Of a stretch of 64,000 nucleotides of DNA, positions 50,500 through 63,230 are shown piece after piece. Position numbers and translations under genes: made by a program. The stretch's first letter is position 1. Each line of letters starts with the position of its first letter. The notes beneath the pieces were generated by a model. It was not told the DNA's origin and did no database searches. It saw only the letters and a program-made list of their open reading frames with translations. The DNA comes from Dicyema japonicum (taxonomy: Eukaryota; Animalia; Dicyemida), in NCBI GenBank assembly GCA_011109175.1, contig RDEW01000002.1:1656111-1720110 (forward strand), in the 5' to 3' direction.

Positions 50500-52000
50500 A
50501 TTGAACCACCTAGGATGGAGTCTGACCCATTCTCACCGATAACTCTATGTGAACCCTTATTGATGTCTCCTCTATCTTTGAATTAACGGTCAGTTCTGCT
50601 AAGGAGAGCTTCGTTCCCCCTTTGACGAAGCGGTTAAGAGATTTTGCTAATGATGCACTATAAATCGTTATCTTCAACCTAGAAAGTACATTAGTCTATC
50701 TGGGATAGGGAGTTTGGGTGTTTGATTACACCTTCTTTGAAATCGAGAGGTCACTATGGCTGTCAGACTGCAGGTGACTGACGTCTCTCAACACTTATCA
50801 TAGGAGGTCACTGTCCTTTTAGTGTGGCATTTGCGTCACCACCACCCACGGTAGTAATATTCCTGTAGCGATTGTTTACCTGTAATTTCTCTCCCTTTAA
50901 GTATGCGAAGATGTAATCATCAAAGTAATCTTCTCATGAGGGATCTATTTGGACTCCCTGCTATCATTATCCTGGACAATTTGTTTATAAGTCTAAACAG
51001 ATGAGAACCTTAAAGAACTCCTTTGGCGAGAAAACTTCTTTGATTGCCTGTTGTTACATATTACTCGGCCTTGTTTTCGCACAGGACTTGAAAATAAGAA
51101 TAACAACTTGCAATCGTCCTTAACAGAATCTCTACTTTTTTAGACAAAAATGCATTTTTGGCTTACTATCAGTTTAAATAGATGGAACCCCCAAGCCCTG
51201 ACTTAAAAACTATATTGTATCCACTGACTCCTCGAATTCGCAATGAAGACTCTTACATAGCAAAACTTTAGTTTGAAAAATCGACTGATCCCAGTTCAGA
51301 TCTTCGATCTCCAAAAAATCTCCTTGTATGTTTAGTCAGCGACCCAACTTTCTGAAGCTCCTTCTTTTGTTTCTGAAAGGAGTGCACTCCTATATGATCT
51401 ATCGGAATTCCTCTCGTGAGCCAATTTTTATATCAATGAGTTTCCTAGTTCCTTGCAGAAACGTAAGACACTTGCCAATTCTCAACGTTGCCTTCTCAGA
51501 AAGGAGGCTGAAGATGGATGACCTCGATGAGGGAAGGGCAAATCTCCAGGCAGAACAAGCATACTAGACTTATTCTACATATCATATCTGGTCTCTAATC
51601 ATCGTTCATTACATTTTTATGTGGTGACTGGAGCGCAAAAGTCGGTTATTGTCCATTGAGAGAACCCTGTCTTAGATATTTCGTCTGGGACGCCCCGGTG
51701 CGGATAGCCTCTTTCTCCAACCTTGCTATGACAGCAACTAACCCAGGCTCAGTCTCGGAATAGGTCAAAACCCTAAAAAGGAAGAAATACGAATATCTCG
51801 GTGGAGAATTAATTTTTGAACCAGTCACCATGGAAACATCAGGACTCATGAGAAGCAGATCACTGACCCTACAGAACCGTATCGGATCGTTCATTGCAAA
51901 GAGGAAAAAGGATACGAGAGGAAAGAACTGCTCATTGAGCGCATTCCCTTACAGTCGTCATGGGTTTTTTCCATTGTCCAAGGCTGCTACCTTTATACGA
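50500..52000 (+). mobile_element. Decayed CRE-like RLE retrotransposon
   Basis: LPSQKGG, FVWD..NPGSV..KRKKYEYL..IFEPVTMETSG..RIGSFIA; the upstream RT part is weakly recognisable and the left boundary is uncertain. Confidence 0.65.
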
Positions 52001-52249
52001 AGAATCTCCCAAACTGGATGAGGATTTCGCAGAGATGAACGATCTACTCTCTCCGATATCCGGAAGTCAAGAAGCATTCATGTTTGCATCCACAAAAGAC
52101 ACGAATCCAAGCCACCTCCTATCTTACCTGTCTCATTAACGATATATCGAGTGGCCATAAGCGACAAGTCAACTGGGAAAATCAATCTCCTCCATCAATG
52201 AAGCTCAAAATATGGATTTCCTAGACAAAGTTGTGTTTTCAGATTTACT

Positions 52250-54100
52250 TTACCTTCTCCCAACTCAGCCAGGCAGGAACCTTCTCCGTCGTCTTAGGAT
52301 TGTCTTAAAACTCCTGGAGTGTGGCACGAAGGCTGCCCTCCGATTTCTTACTTCTGACAACACTCTTTCCCTCTCTCTTTATGTTAAAGGGGAAACATCA
52401 GGTGCATAGAGAACATATTGTACCACCTCCATCTTCTTGTTTTAAGGATTGTCAATGGGGATATTCACATATATGTAGGAGACATCTTGTATGGCAGGAA
52501 CCTCTACACGTTTAAACGGAAGAATCCGCCCGATTGCTGTCGGAAATTACTACGTCTATGTTTGAAAATTGAGGAAACCGTGTAACTATCCGCCTCACAT
52601 CAGCCTTGTCCTTAGTGCAGGTTGGAGTGGGGCTCAGAAATCGTTGCGAGGCTGAAATCCATTCAACAAGATCTTCGATTCCCTGGACTCTGAGGGAAAC
52701 CCTATTGCTATAAACTGGATATCTCCAATATTTTAACAGTTTCGATGGGATTGCCTCTTGAACCATGTGGTCGCGGGGAACAGGCTTCCAGGGAGTAGTT
52801 CGATAACACTCTTGTTTGTTTTCGTTGCCGGAACTTTCAAAGATCAGTACCGGGAGAAGATCACGGACGTTAGTGAATTGTCTTTCCCCTGGGCTTGTTT
52901 TGGTGAACTCTTCGTTAAGCTCTCTATCAAAAAGGCGAAGTCTTGATTTACACGTGGCGTTTTGTCTGCCGAAAAAGTATCTCGTTCTCGCCGGCCTTCA
53001 GGCTCTGGGACTTCCTTGATACCATCGATTCAACCGTAAAGTCCTTTCAATGTCCGGTTTGGCAATCAAGGCTGGAGACAGTCCAAACTTTTGACTCTCT
53101 GGGTGACATCGGCCTAAGATCTGCCGCCAAAATACGCTTCGAGCTTTTCTTGGTGAGTGGATGTGTTAGCCTTTCGTCGGAAATTTTACACGACATTTCG
53201 CGGTCTTTCTTCGAAAAGGCTTTCTCAGAAACCCGAACAAGATGTGGGGATTGTGCTATCGCTCCCCGACAAACAAACTTTCTTGAAGTCTTGTAACGAA
53301 ATAGAAATCACTTCATGTCGGGACTTTGCTTGACAATGAGAGTCTTCGCATCGGTATTTCACATCCCTTGTCTCGATGTTTGTGAAGCTTATCGATACAG
53401 ATGTGGGGAGATGATTGATGGGAGATACAGATGTGGGAGAATATACACCATCTCATGCAAGAAAAGCCATGAAATGCTATTATTAAACGTGGTCTTGAAG
53501 ATGTTGGTTTCCCTTACATTATCGAACCTGTTGGACTTGATCGAGGAGATGGAAAGACCAGACGAGATGACGATCTTTTCATTTACCCTAGGACGATCTC
53601 TTGTATGTGATGTAACTAGTGTTGATACTTTTCCTCGAAAAATTTAATTTCCACCACAAACTCCATTGACTCTGACAATCGGAGAAAGCTGGATAAATAT
53701 TCTACGTTTGATGACCCTTTCCGTTTCGTCCTAATTGCAATTGTGACTTCATGTGAGGCCGAGTCTGTCAATAGAGGTGTTCTCCGAAACATTGGAGACG
53801 CAATCTCGTCAAGGCTGGGAGATCCTGGGAGCGATGTTGATTCTGCAAACATCTTGGAATTGGGGCATGCTCACGATCCTCATAGTTCTTTCAATTTTGC
53901 TTTTGATGAGATTCAAACCTGATTCTTGTGCATCCGATACTTCCTTTGTTAAGAACTCAGGATTTCCATGTCTCCTGAGTGAGTCGTCTGAGTGAGTCGT
54001 CTCGTAAGCATAGGAGACAGGGAAATCCTGAGTGAGTCGTCTCGTCTATGCTTAAGAGACGAAAGGGATCATATATAAGTAGACATACAGTGCATTAAAC
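52250..54100 (+). mobile_element. Decayed CRE-like RLE retrotransposon with 3' UTR
   Basis: GRIRPIAVGN, LGDIGLRSAA, LDNESLRIGI, C-x-CG zinc-knuckle remnant, RPD..LVCDVTSVDT, FRFV.IAI.TS; 3' UTR shared with 60130-60290. Confidence 0.82.
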
Positions 54101-54299
54101 AAAACTTGACAAACATTATTCAAAATCTGGATTAGGAGTTAACTATAAGGGTTTTAATTTGTCCGTCTTTGAGGTCTGGACACTTCTGACGTCCCCCATC
54201 TCCTAATTACTGCGCGTTCTTTCGTGGGAATCCACGAATTCTGTTTTCATATCTGTTTCACTGGGGCAAGAATCCAGTTCTCCTCAATGCTCAGGACGT

Positions 54300-55390
54300 C
54301 TGGTACTATTAACAGTTTCGAGTTCGGTCCGACGGAGTTGGGAAGTCTGATATGATGTTAAATAACAGAGGGATCAGCACAGAGCCCTGCAGAACTCCTC
54401 TGTTTAGTGAAACATCTCTGGAAACATTTCCTCCGATGTGCACTTGAGAAGTCCGTCCCGTTAGGAAGTCCCTTAGCCATATGAATGGTTGTTTTGGAAT
54501 ATCTGCAGCCATAAGCCTTGATAGGAAGGCTTCGTGCCACACACTATCGAAGGCCTTGGATAAATCCAGGCACACCATGTTTAGTTGTCTCTTGAATGTC
54601 ACTCCTAGTTACGTTACTCACTCCTTTAGTACGTTCACATACATTTGGTGAATGCAATCGGTACAACAAGACTTTCCAGGCCTAAAGCCCCGTTGTTACG
54701 GAAAAGGAAATCGCTCTCTTTCTATATCCCGCCGGCACAGCCTCTCGAAGACAATTCGCTCAATAATCTTGGATATCGAGCATATGAGGCTGATCGACCA
54801 AGGCCTCCAGTCCTTTGAAAATTTTCATGTTGACGTGGTCGAAGCCTGAAGCATTGGTTTGCATGCTCTATGTCATAACCTCCTCGAGGATGATTTTCTT
54901 CTCCAACATGTTTGAGGTCGTATAGTGGGTAAATTGTAGAGTACAAGTGACTCATCATCTGTTCACATGGGATCAATAACAGTAGGTTGATTCCATGGAT
55001 TTTGTCCAATTCGCTTTTGAAGATTGATGCGGCTTCTTCCACAGAGTTCGATTTTTCCAGGAGGGATCTTTGGCGTCCAATTTGGTTATCTCGTCTCTCC
55101 GTCTATGCTCCATTGCCAATTTCATTCTCTTTTCGATGGCTCTTTTGGTTATTTTGAGCCTTTCTGTGAGCACCATGTGATCCATCCGAGCAACACATCT
55201 TCTTCACCTCGTCGATTTCTTTCTTTAATTAGTCCCAAGGAAATAGGCGGAATGTCAATACTTTTCTTACTGTTTCCATTGGAGAATATCTTAGCATATA
55301 CTTGTAAGTATGTCCCTATGATGTTTGTAAGATCCAGGTTCATATTTTCAATTCCATTTGTTGACATGAGTTCCTTCGTCCACCTTTGAG
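54300..55390 (-). mobile_element. Decayed Jockey/Ingi-like non-LTR element (linker plus RT)
   Basis: ISLICSISKIIERIV..GFRPG, VCLDLSKAFDSVWH, GVLQGSVLIPLLFNI. Confidence 0.85.
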
Positions 55391-55419
55391 GGTTCCTTAT
55401 AAGATAATTCCGGTAGTGT

Positions 55420-55790
55420 TCCCAGTCGATATGTGATATGTCGCATTTAAGTCTTCTATGACATCTGGCACCAGGTTCAGAACCAGTTCTTGTGGTATAT
55501 GGTCACTGCCGATATCCCACATAATTGGTCTCTCCACAGAAGTTTACACTAGCGGGATACAAGGAACACACCAAGCATGTCTCCACCATAGTGAGAAAAT
55601 CTCTCAGCCATGGTTTTCAGTCTTCGTCCGTCACCATTGGTTTTGTAGCATCCGTAACTCACGTTCTTGACATTTAGGTCGTCCACCAGAATAGATTGCA
55701 TTTCTTTAAAAAAATTCGGTAATCTGTAGAGCAGTTTCTTATATCCTTTGAATACAGACCCCCGATATTTATCCACGAACATCAACAACG
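55420..55790 (-). mobile_element. RTE-like 3' fragment
   Basis: KLLYRL..W.GH..R....Y.Q...T.TG..P.R-like C-terminal remnants. Confidence 0.45.
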
Positions 55791-56713
55791 TATTTCAATG
55801 GACACGAATTCGCATTGTGTGGCCGAGACGATATTCGTGTTCCTTGTTTGTAAGTCATCACGGTAGAAGAGGGTGGTTCCCGTACCAGCCTTCCGCCCAT
55901 GGTATTTCCATTGAGTGGTATCCCTCCAGGCGTTCACTTGGATTTGATTCATTAACATTTTTTGTGAAGATCAGCTTAATTATTTAGAATCCCAAATCAG
56001 CTTAGGAATGAAAAACAGATCAGGTTAGGGATTTATTATTAACCCCAGGCTTATAATATTTGGTAAGCCCAGCGCGAACAGTCATAACTAGAAACCCAAG
56101 AGTGAAAATCTGCTTGTGCGGACCAAATTCATCTTCCAATAGTACATTACAGTCTTTCGCTTCAGAAGAGAGGTGGAGAAGTAGGTGCGACCTCTTCCAT
56201 TTTCGTCGCACGTCTTACCATCGCGGACATCACTTCATTACTCGGTGGAATAGTTTTCATTATGTAATCATCACCACAGAATTTTGTTACGACTTTTTTT
56301 TCTACCAGTGAGAAAGTTCCCGAGCGTATCTTTTGAAAATGCTGGGGATTTATGAGCGGTAGATCTTCCTCGTTAAGATTTTCCTATGAACCGAGTCAAA
56401 AGCCCTACGGATGTCAACCGAGCACAATAAACTTTTGAGGTGCCTGAGCTTTGACTCGAGTCCCGCCATAATAAAGTTTGTGAGGGTTTGTAAGTGCGTA
56501 GTTGTAAATAGGTCTTTCTTGAATCCGTGCTGGAAGGATTTTGCAGAAAACATGACTGTTTCTCTTCTCAAGATTTTTGATGAGGGAGGGAATCTTCCAC
56601 ATAATTTACAGGGACCCCTGTTTGTTAAACACCGAGATCATTTTTCTCCGTTCGTCCATTTCCCTTTTCTTAGAGATTTTCTTTATTTCCCTATCAAGCA
56701 CTCGAATTCTGTA

Positions 56714-58169
56714 CAGTCTAACCTCTTTTTGGAACGGACCTCGAGGGTGGAACACCTCTGTTTTTGATACACCCTCGGATTTGGAATACTTCGAAAATTT
56801 TATTAGAAAATTAATAAAATCCTTACAAAAAACATCGTTTTGGAACACTTATAATTATTTTAATTTAAAATTAAATTATAGTTTCTATATTTACTACAAT
56901 TAATTTTTAAAACACGTGCAGATTTTTGTTCATTTTTTGCTTGTCTTAAAGTTATCTACACCTTTTATGGGCTTAAACTACGATACAAAAGTTGAAATTG
57001 CTGAACTTCTTTCAAAAAAGGAGCATTCAATTCGAAAACTCGCGAGAATGTTTGACACAGAACAATCTCTAGAATCAAGAGAAACATTGTTCCATTCACC
57101 AAAAATGGACAGATTTATTCAAATGCAGAGACTTCAGAGTCAGTCACTACTGAAACGCATATACTTTTGGATTCAAAAGTGTTGGATGTATTTCAACACC
57201 TAAGAAAACAAAACGTTCCCATTTCCGGATTTTTAATCCAAAAAATCGTTTTTATTGTAATTCTTAAAATCATTTTATTAAGACTGAAAGTCGAATGTAA
57301 AAACGCTTTCGTGGAAGATTGAGAACTACTCTCCCGGTCGTTCTACAAAACGATCTGAAAGCTGTGAAAAAAACATTGGCATCTGGTGACGATCTGGACT
57401 CACTGAGGGACCTAGCAAAGAACAGAAGAGCTTGGACCAACCTAACTAATTCTCTTATATTTTTTGCTGCACATGCGGGGCTATAAATATTTTGTTCTCG
57501 TGAAAGTGCTAATAATAATAATGAAAGTCGCATCTAGAATCTTACTTCAAAAATTTAAGGCTTCAAACGGATGGTTAGAAAAATTCAAATTAAGACATGA
57601 ACTTGTCTGGAGAAATAATTTCAAGTGACAGTTCCATGATTGATGAATTTTAATTCAATTTAATATCAAAATTGACGAATATAGAAAACAAATGTAACTG
57701 TAAGAACAGCCATTGATAACAAATAAAATTGAGAAAAACTTTTTAAATATGTTGCCGGATTGTCTTAAAGATTTTTATGATTCTAGAAAAATATTGAAGA
57801 GAAGACCTGGCCGACCAAGGACTCGGTGGCTATCCACGGTGGAAGACGTCACGGGAATGCCTACATCAAGGGTACTCCAAATTGCAACGGATCGAGGAGA
57901 GTGGAGGAAACTCGTTTATGAGATCTCCAAGGGTCGGATACTACTAAATTGGACAACATAACATAGAAAAATATTCATGCGCAATTTGAAGCTTAAAAAT
58001 TACTGATAACTTTAAAAAATGTTAGTTTTCCGTTAAATTCTAAGGTCTTTAATCAACGAAGTATAGTACTCAATAATAACAAATTTTTGTACGATTTTTG
58101 GAGTAACCGCTATTTTTAGAACAACCTCTGTTTTTGGAACACTTGGTGCTCCAAATGGAGGTTAGACTG
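56714..58169 (+). mobile_element. pogo/Tigger-like DNA transposon with TIRs
   Basis: 22-bp TIR CAGTCTAACCTC.. (19/22 match); flanks TA (left) and CA (right, mutated); HTH-psq-like (DTKVEIAELL..SIRKLARMF) and FKASNGWLEKFKLRH; DDE domain missing. Confidence 0.9.
57780..57965 (+). mobile_element. RTE 3' fragment nested in the pogo element
   Basis: RRPGRPRTRWLSTVED..ATDRGEWRKLV, followed by the ACAACATAACATA tail. Confidence 0.85.
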
Positions 58170-59329
58170 CATATAATTTCTGGTGATGTCCCTTGGACAC
58201 TCTTGAGTCGATTACGTTCATTCATAATCCTCTACGTTTTGTGATCAAAACGTTGATGCAGGATTTGATTGATCTTTCCGTAATAAATGTCTTCATTGCC
58301 TTCTGGATCTTTTTGTTAACATGAGAGACTGCATTATCGAGTGAATTGAATCGAAATCGGATAAGTTCATGTTCACACATTCAGCAAAGCTTTTCCAATT
58401 CACATTTCTGTAATCCATGAAGGTGTTTCGTCTTCTTTCCGAGATGAGCGTGCTCTTCGTCCGAATGAAAATCGGCTTGTGGTCGCTCCGGAAGTTATAA
58501 ATCACAGACCAATTGGCAAGAGATGCAATGTAAGGGGTGGCGAGGTTCAAATCCGGTGAAGTCATGTTGTCATAAGCTCTATAGGGTGTTCTTGTGTTCA
58601 TCCGATAGTCCTGAAAGATTGTGAAGTTATCCAGTAGAGAGAAGGAGATTTGCATCAGCAGTTTGGCTTTTGTACCAACAAATGTTGGTATTGGCGTAAC
58701 ACATTCAAGGAAAAGGTAAATTTTTTAGACAGGAGCTGGCAAGGGGGGGATTTTGCTTGTTTAGCCTCTGCCTCTCCAAAAAAGAAGCTCAACAAGTGCC
58801 GGGCGTCAAGTTGTTATTCGACATAATTATTAGCCAGTTTGTAAACAACATTTATCAATTCCAAGTCTGCAACCAATTTGGGTAGAAAAATCAAATTTTA
58901 TGGGCAGTGTGGATTTTCGCAGAACACTTTCAACTGTCTACGAAATAATGTGTCCTGACACAACATCTCGACATAGTTTACTGATCGGTATTTCAATTCC
59001 ATTTTTTTGAATTTCGAGTATTCTACGGGTTTATCTCCCTTAGCACGTTTTTCTTTTCCATGCAATTTTTTATAGTTCAATAGACTTTTGTTTGGGGGTA
59101 ATGAATAATTTCACCAGCATTGCTCCAGCGAACATTATGTAGTCCACTAACATCTTAAGTGTCCTCTCGATCGTAACAGATTGATAAATAATAAGACCGC
59201 CTGAATGAAAAACCTTGACACGTCCATCTGTGAAAATAAATATGAGAGGCTTCTAATTCATCAAACCAACACACGACGGCCTAATTTCCAGATGCTCCAT
59301 ATCTCTGAGATTTCGCTGGGAGTTGAAGA

Positions 59330-60290
59330 ATCATCTTGATCGACAGCTTACAGGAGCTCAATATGATAGATATGAAGGAGCGCTAGATCTGTGGCGGATT
59401 CGTTCCCCCAAAGCGAACTGGTATGGGTGCTCGGTTCCTTGGTCATCAAATATAACTTTTTTAAGACATTCAGTATTGGTCTGGAGAGGGAATCGATTGT
59501 TTTTAGCGGTATATTTTAGCTCTTTGATTTTTTACTTCATGTATGCGTCGGTGATTTTACTCAACACCTCGAGATATTCCATCGAAAAAGCTTTCTCAGA
59601 AACCTTAACAAGATGTGGGGGTTGTGCTAATGCTCTCCTATTTTCTCTTAGATCATGTGACGAAATAGAAATCACTTCAACTTTTTAAAGCTAAGAAAAA
59701 ACATCAACACTACTAGCTATCTTGTGCATGGACTTGACAATGGGAGCCTAAGAATCGGCATTTCATATCGTCTTCTCCTGCAAGAAGATCCCTGGAAGAT
59801 ACCCATGCATGCTGGATAACGATCATCCATTTACAAAGGACGCTCTATTGTATGTGATGACCCTGTTTTGAGACTTTTTCCTCGACGAATATTTGATTTC
59901 CACCACGAACTCAGACTGTCCTGACGCTGCCGAACGAAGGATTGGTGGATGCATATTCTGTTCTTAGGAACCGTTTCCGTTTCATCCGAATTGCATTTGT
60001 GACTTTTGTGGACAGGCCTTTCAGTAGAGGTGTCCTCAGGGGACGCAATCTCATAAAGACTGGAATATCATCGGAAACAGCGTTGGTTCCAAGAAAATCT
60101 TGAAATTGGGTCAATGCTCACGATCCTCCAAGTTTTTTTAATTTTCAGTTTGAGTAGATTCAAACGCGATTCTCGTTAATTGGATACTTCCTCTGCTAAA
60201 AACACAAGATTTCTGGGTCTCCTGAGTGTGTCATCTCGTCTCTGCTCATTAGAAGAAACAACTTTCATACCTATAAGTAGACATTTAGTG
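59330..60290 (+). mobile_element. CRE-like element, sister copy of 52250-54100
   Basis: Shares EKAFSET.TRCG, GACTTGACAATG..AGAATCGG, the FRFIRIAFVT region and the 3' UTR (GTCTCCTGAGTG..TATAAGTAGACAT). Confidence 0.8.
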
Positions 60291-60739
60291 GAATAGAATA
60301 CGTCACCGTTTCAAACTTTTGGACAAAATTTACGAATCAAATAGAGGAATCCTGTTAATCAAATATATTCATCAATTCGATTGATTCATGAACATTTCTT
60401 TTTGCAGATCAGCTTATTTATTTAAAGGCCTAAATAAGCATAGGAATGAAATCCAGATCAGCTAAGGAATGTAAATAACAAAGAGAATAAGGAATCTATT
60501 TCGTGAATTAAAAGTCTTTAAAATTAAAGGAAAAAGAGTAAACGGTTGTCTTCGGCTGCCCTGACTGCGTGGATATTCCCTCTCTAGAAAGCGAGCAAAA
60601 TTCGCCTAAGTAACCATCAGCGCTCACGAGGAGAATTAAAAGTTGATAATTGAAAGTTAATAATTCATTTTTGTTATAAAATTTAATTTATAAATAAAAA
60701 ATATTTTTTAAACAAAAATGAATAAATTATAAAATTAAT

Positions 60740-62262
60740 TGGCGAATGGATTCTCAAGTTTTGACCATCCTTTCTCTAGTTTTGAAAAACATTTCTCAAG
60801 TATTAGTATTATAAATACAATGATTATTGGGCTACTCTACATTTCCAAATATGTTTTAAAAATCCTGATATGCAGAATAATTTGCTTCCATGTGATCAGA
60901 AATATAACTCTTCGCTACATATTTTCTATTTTAGCTGGATTTTATTTCCTTTATGGTGAATATGGAATGTTATTTCTCATATTAATGATTTCAGAGAAGG
61001 ATTCCACGTGTTAGCTCAATCACTGATAATATATTTGATAATATTGTACATACCACACACTGGAAAAGTCTCCTGCTCATCGTCTTATCTTTCGTATATT
61101 TGGAGGTACTACATTTAAAAATTGCGTGGGAAAACTATGAGAGTTTAACAACAATTGGCATTTCTAAGTTTGCATTGGAGACTTATTGTTAGCCCAATGA
61201 TGGTTTCAACCCAAAAATTAACAGCTTTAGTTATGTCATGCCACGATGGTCACCATAATGTGGAAGAAGTAAACGAGAAATACGTTCTAAAGTCCTCATA
61301 TATTGAATCGTAGAGAACCTCCATCCTTGTTACAAATCCTTGGATACATTTTCTGTTTCCACGGAGTACTCTTGGGTCCCTTCTTCCATTTCAACGACTA
61401 CGTAGAATACTTAGAATCCGATGAGGTAGTTTGCTTATTTCATGTAAGAAACCAAAGTTTCCCATAAAAGTTTTAAAGAAGTTGATTTCTTCGTTATTAA
61501 TTACTCAGCTATCGAGGTATTTAGTAGACTACAGAACACCATGGTGGATACACGGTGTCTCTCTTTGTTATCCCCCAGAAAAATCTAAGGAAATAAATTC
61601 AGTTGTGTCGTTTTTTAGGTATTATTTCTGCGCATTTTTGTGCATCTTTGCGGTTAGAGTGAAACACTACTTCTTCTGGGTGTTAGGTATAACATTGTCT
61701 TCAATTTAGCCGATGGACTGTTTAATTTAGTTGGATTCGGATATGACAAGAAAACCGACAAGTGGTCCATGACGACAAACGTGGATATTCTTGGTTTTGA
61801 GGTAGTTTTGGAGTCCCATCTTTGTTTGCTTCTCACATGCAGAAGGCTGTTGCTAGTTGGAACATGACAACAGTGAAATGGATCCGCTACATCCTCTACA
61901 GTAGAAATATTCCGTATAAACGGATCAAATTGTTTCTCTTTATGGCTGCCTGGCATGGTGTCTACCCAGGATATTACATTTTATTTCTGAACTTTTACAT
62001 GTTTTTGCATGCAACTATTAAAGTATAACAGTGGGTCAAGTGTAGATGTACAAGTTCAGCAAACGAATGAATATCCCCCCATTGTTATCAAAAGCTGTCC
62101 AATCAGTATGGGCTCTCGTATCATTTGGGTACATCTCCATCCCCTACGTCGTCCTCACATTGATTAGTACACTTGAAATCTATTGGTAAGGAATGTCGTT
62201 ATTTTAGGTCTGTCGGCTTCTCGTTGCATTTTGTGTCTTTAATTATTATTGTAGTACTCTGA
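60740..62262 (+). CDS. MBOAT1/2-type lysophospholipid acyltransferase
   Basis: PMMVSTQKLTAL..HDG, PSLLQILGY..GPFF.FNDY, WNMTTVKWIR, catalytic AAWHGVYPGYY; short introns; TGA at 62260-62262. Exact start and one junction (61046-61068) uncertain. Confidence 0.92.
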
Positions 62263-62624
62263 CTGGGAATATATTTTTGACGGGGGAATTATTTTATTTT
62301 CTTTATATTTCAATTATGTTTGTGAATAAGACTTGTGTCTTACACGAAAATAAGTGGTTGTATCACGTTATTGTCCAACTTCCTTGAATTGAGCCAGTGC
62401 ATTGCTCTTTCTACCACTCACTATTGTCCAGCTACTCTTAAATCTATACTGTGGTTCCATTAACTGCTTCATGTTATCTTCTCGCTCAAGACTTTCGTTT
62501 GAAATCAATAATAACTTAACCAACATCACTCCCTTGAACATTCTGTGGTCGACTAACATACTTTTAAGAGTCCTCTTGATCGTAACAGATTGAACATATT
62601 TTACTTACAATTATTTCAAAATCG

Positions 62625-62900
62625 GAATTTTCCCACAAGTTTTGAAATGTAGTACCCCCAAATATACGAAAGATACGACGAGTGAGCAAAAGACCTTTCC
62701 AGTGTGTGGTATGTGCATTATTATCAAATATATTATAAGTGAATGAGCTAACACGTGGAATCCTATTCTGAAATCATTAATATGAGAAATAACATTCCAT
62801 ATCTTCCATGAAGGAAATAAAATCCTACTAAAATATAAAATATGTAGCGAAGAGTTACATTTCGGATCACATGGAAGCAAATTATTCTGCATATCAGGAT
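62625..62900 (-). pseudogene. Inverted partial duplicate of the MBOAT 5' region
   Basis: Reverse complement aligns to about 60862-61135, including an intron (e.g. GGATTCCACGTGTTAGCTCA, ATCTTTCGTATATTTGG.GGTACTACATTT); roughly 85-90% identity by eye. Confidence 0.9.
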
Positions 62901-62904
62901 ATTT

Positions 62905-63230
62905 ATTACATTCACAGAGGGAGACTATTCGATATCTTGGAGAATGTGGTTGACGATGACATTTTCAGAATGATCCGTCTATTACTTGGAATAACGCTGA
63001 TACGTGTACGTTTTGGAAATTTGTCGTCTGTCCCAATCGAGACAATGTACGGGGTACCGCAGAGAGATTCCTTGTCACCGGTTCTTTGTGTGACATATCT
63101 GGAAGCGGCACTCAGAGACTTCAGACTATTAATTGGCGACTTATTTCAAACTGAAGTGATTTATGCAGATGATATCGACTATATATCCAGGAATTTGCTA
63201 ATTTATACTATATATAGGAATCCTACACGC
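62905..63230 (+). mobile_element. RTE-clade RT fragment
   Basis: GVPQRDSLSPVL..YLEAALR..YADDIDY. Confidence 0.85.

Larger units (their letters stand above)
56340..58700 (-). mobile_element. Non-LTR element (APE endonuclease to RT), interrupted by a pogo insertion
   Basis: TSPDL..SDHKPI (EN, 58.3-58.65 kb); FQHGFKK, CSVDIRRAFDSV (RT, 56.35-56.6 kb). Removing 56714-58169 and one TA restores the frame SPEIIYRIRVLDREIKK. Confidence 0.85.

Noticed and set aside
53976-54068. Hammerhead-like CTGAGTGA..GAAA
   Set aside because: The core has an extra base and stem I cannot form next to an NUH site; better explained as a fold-back duplication.
61046-61068. Third single-base frameshift, in MBOAT
   Set aside because: The diverged duplicate has the same sequence here and a 23-nt GT-AG intron can resolve the frame, so it is not counted as a lesion.
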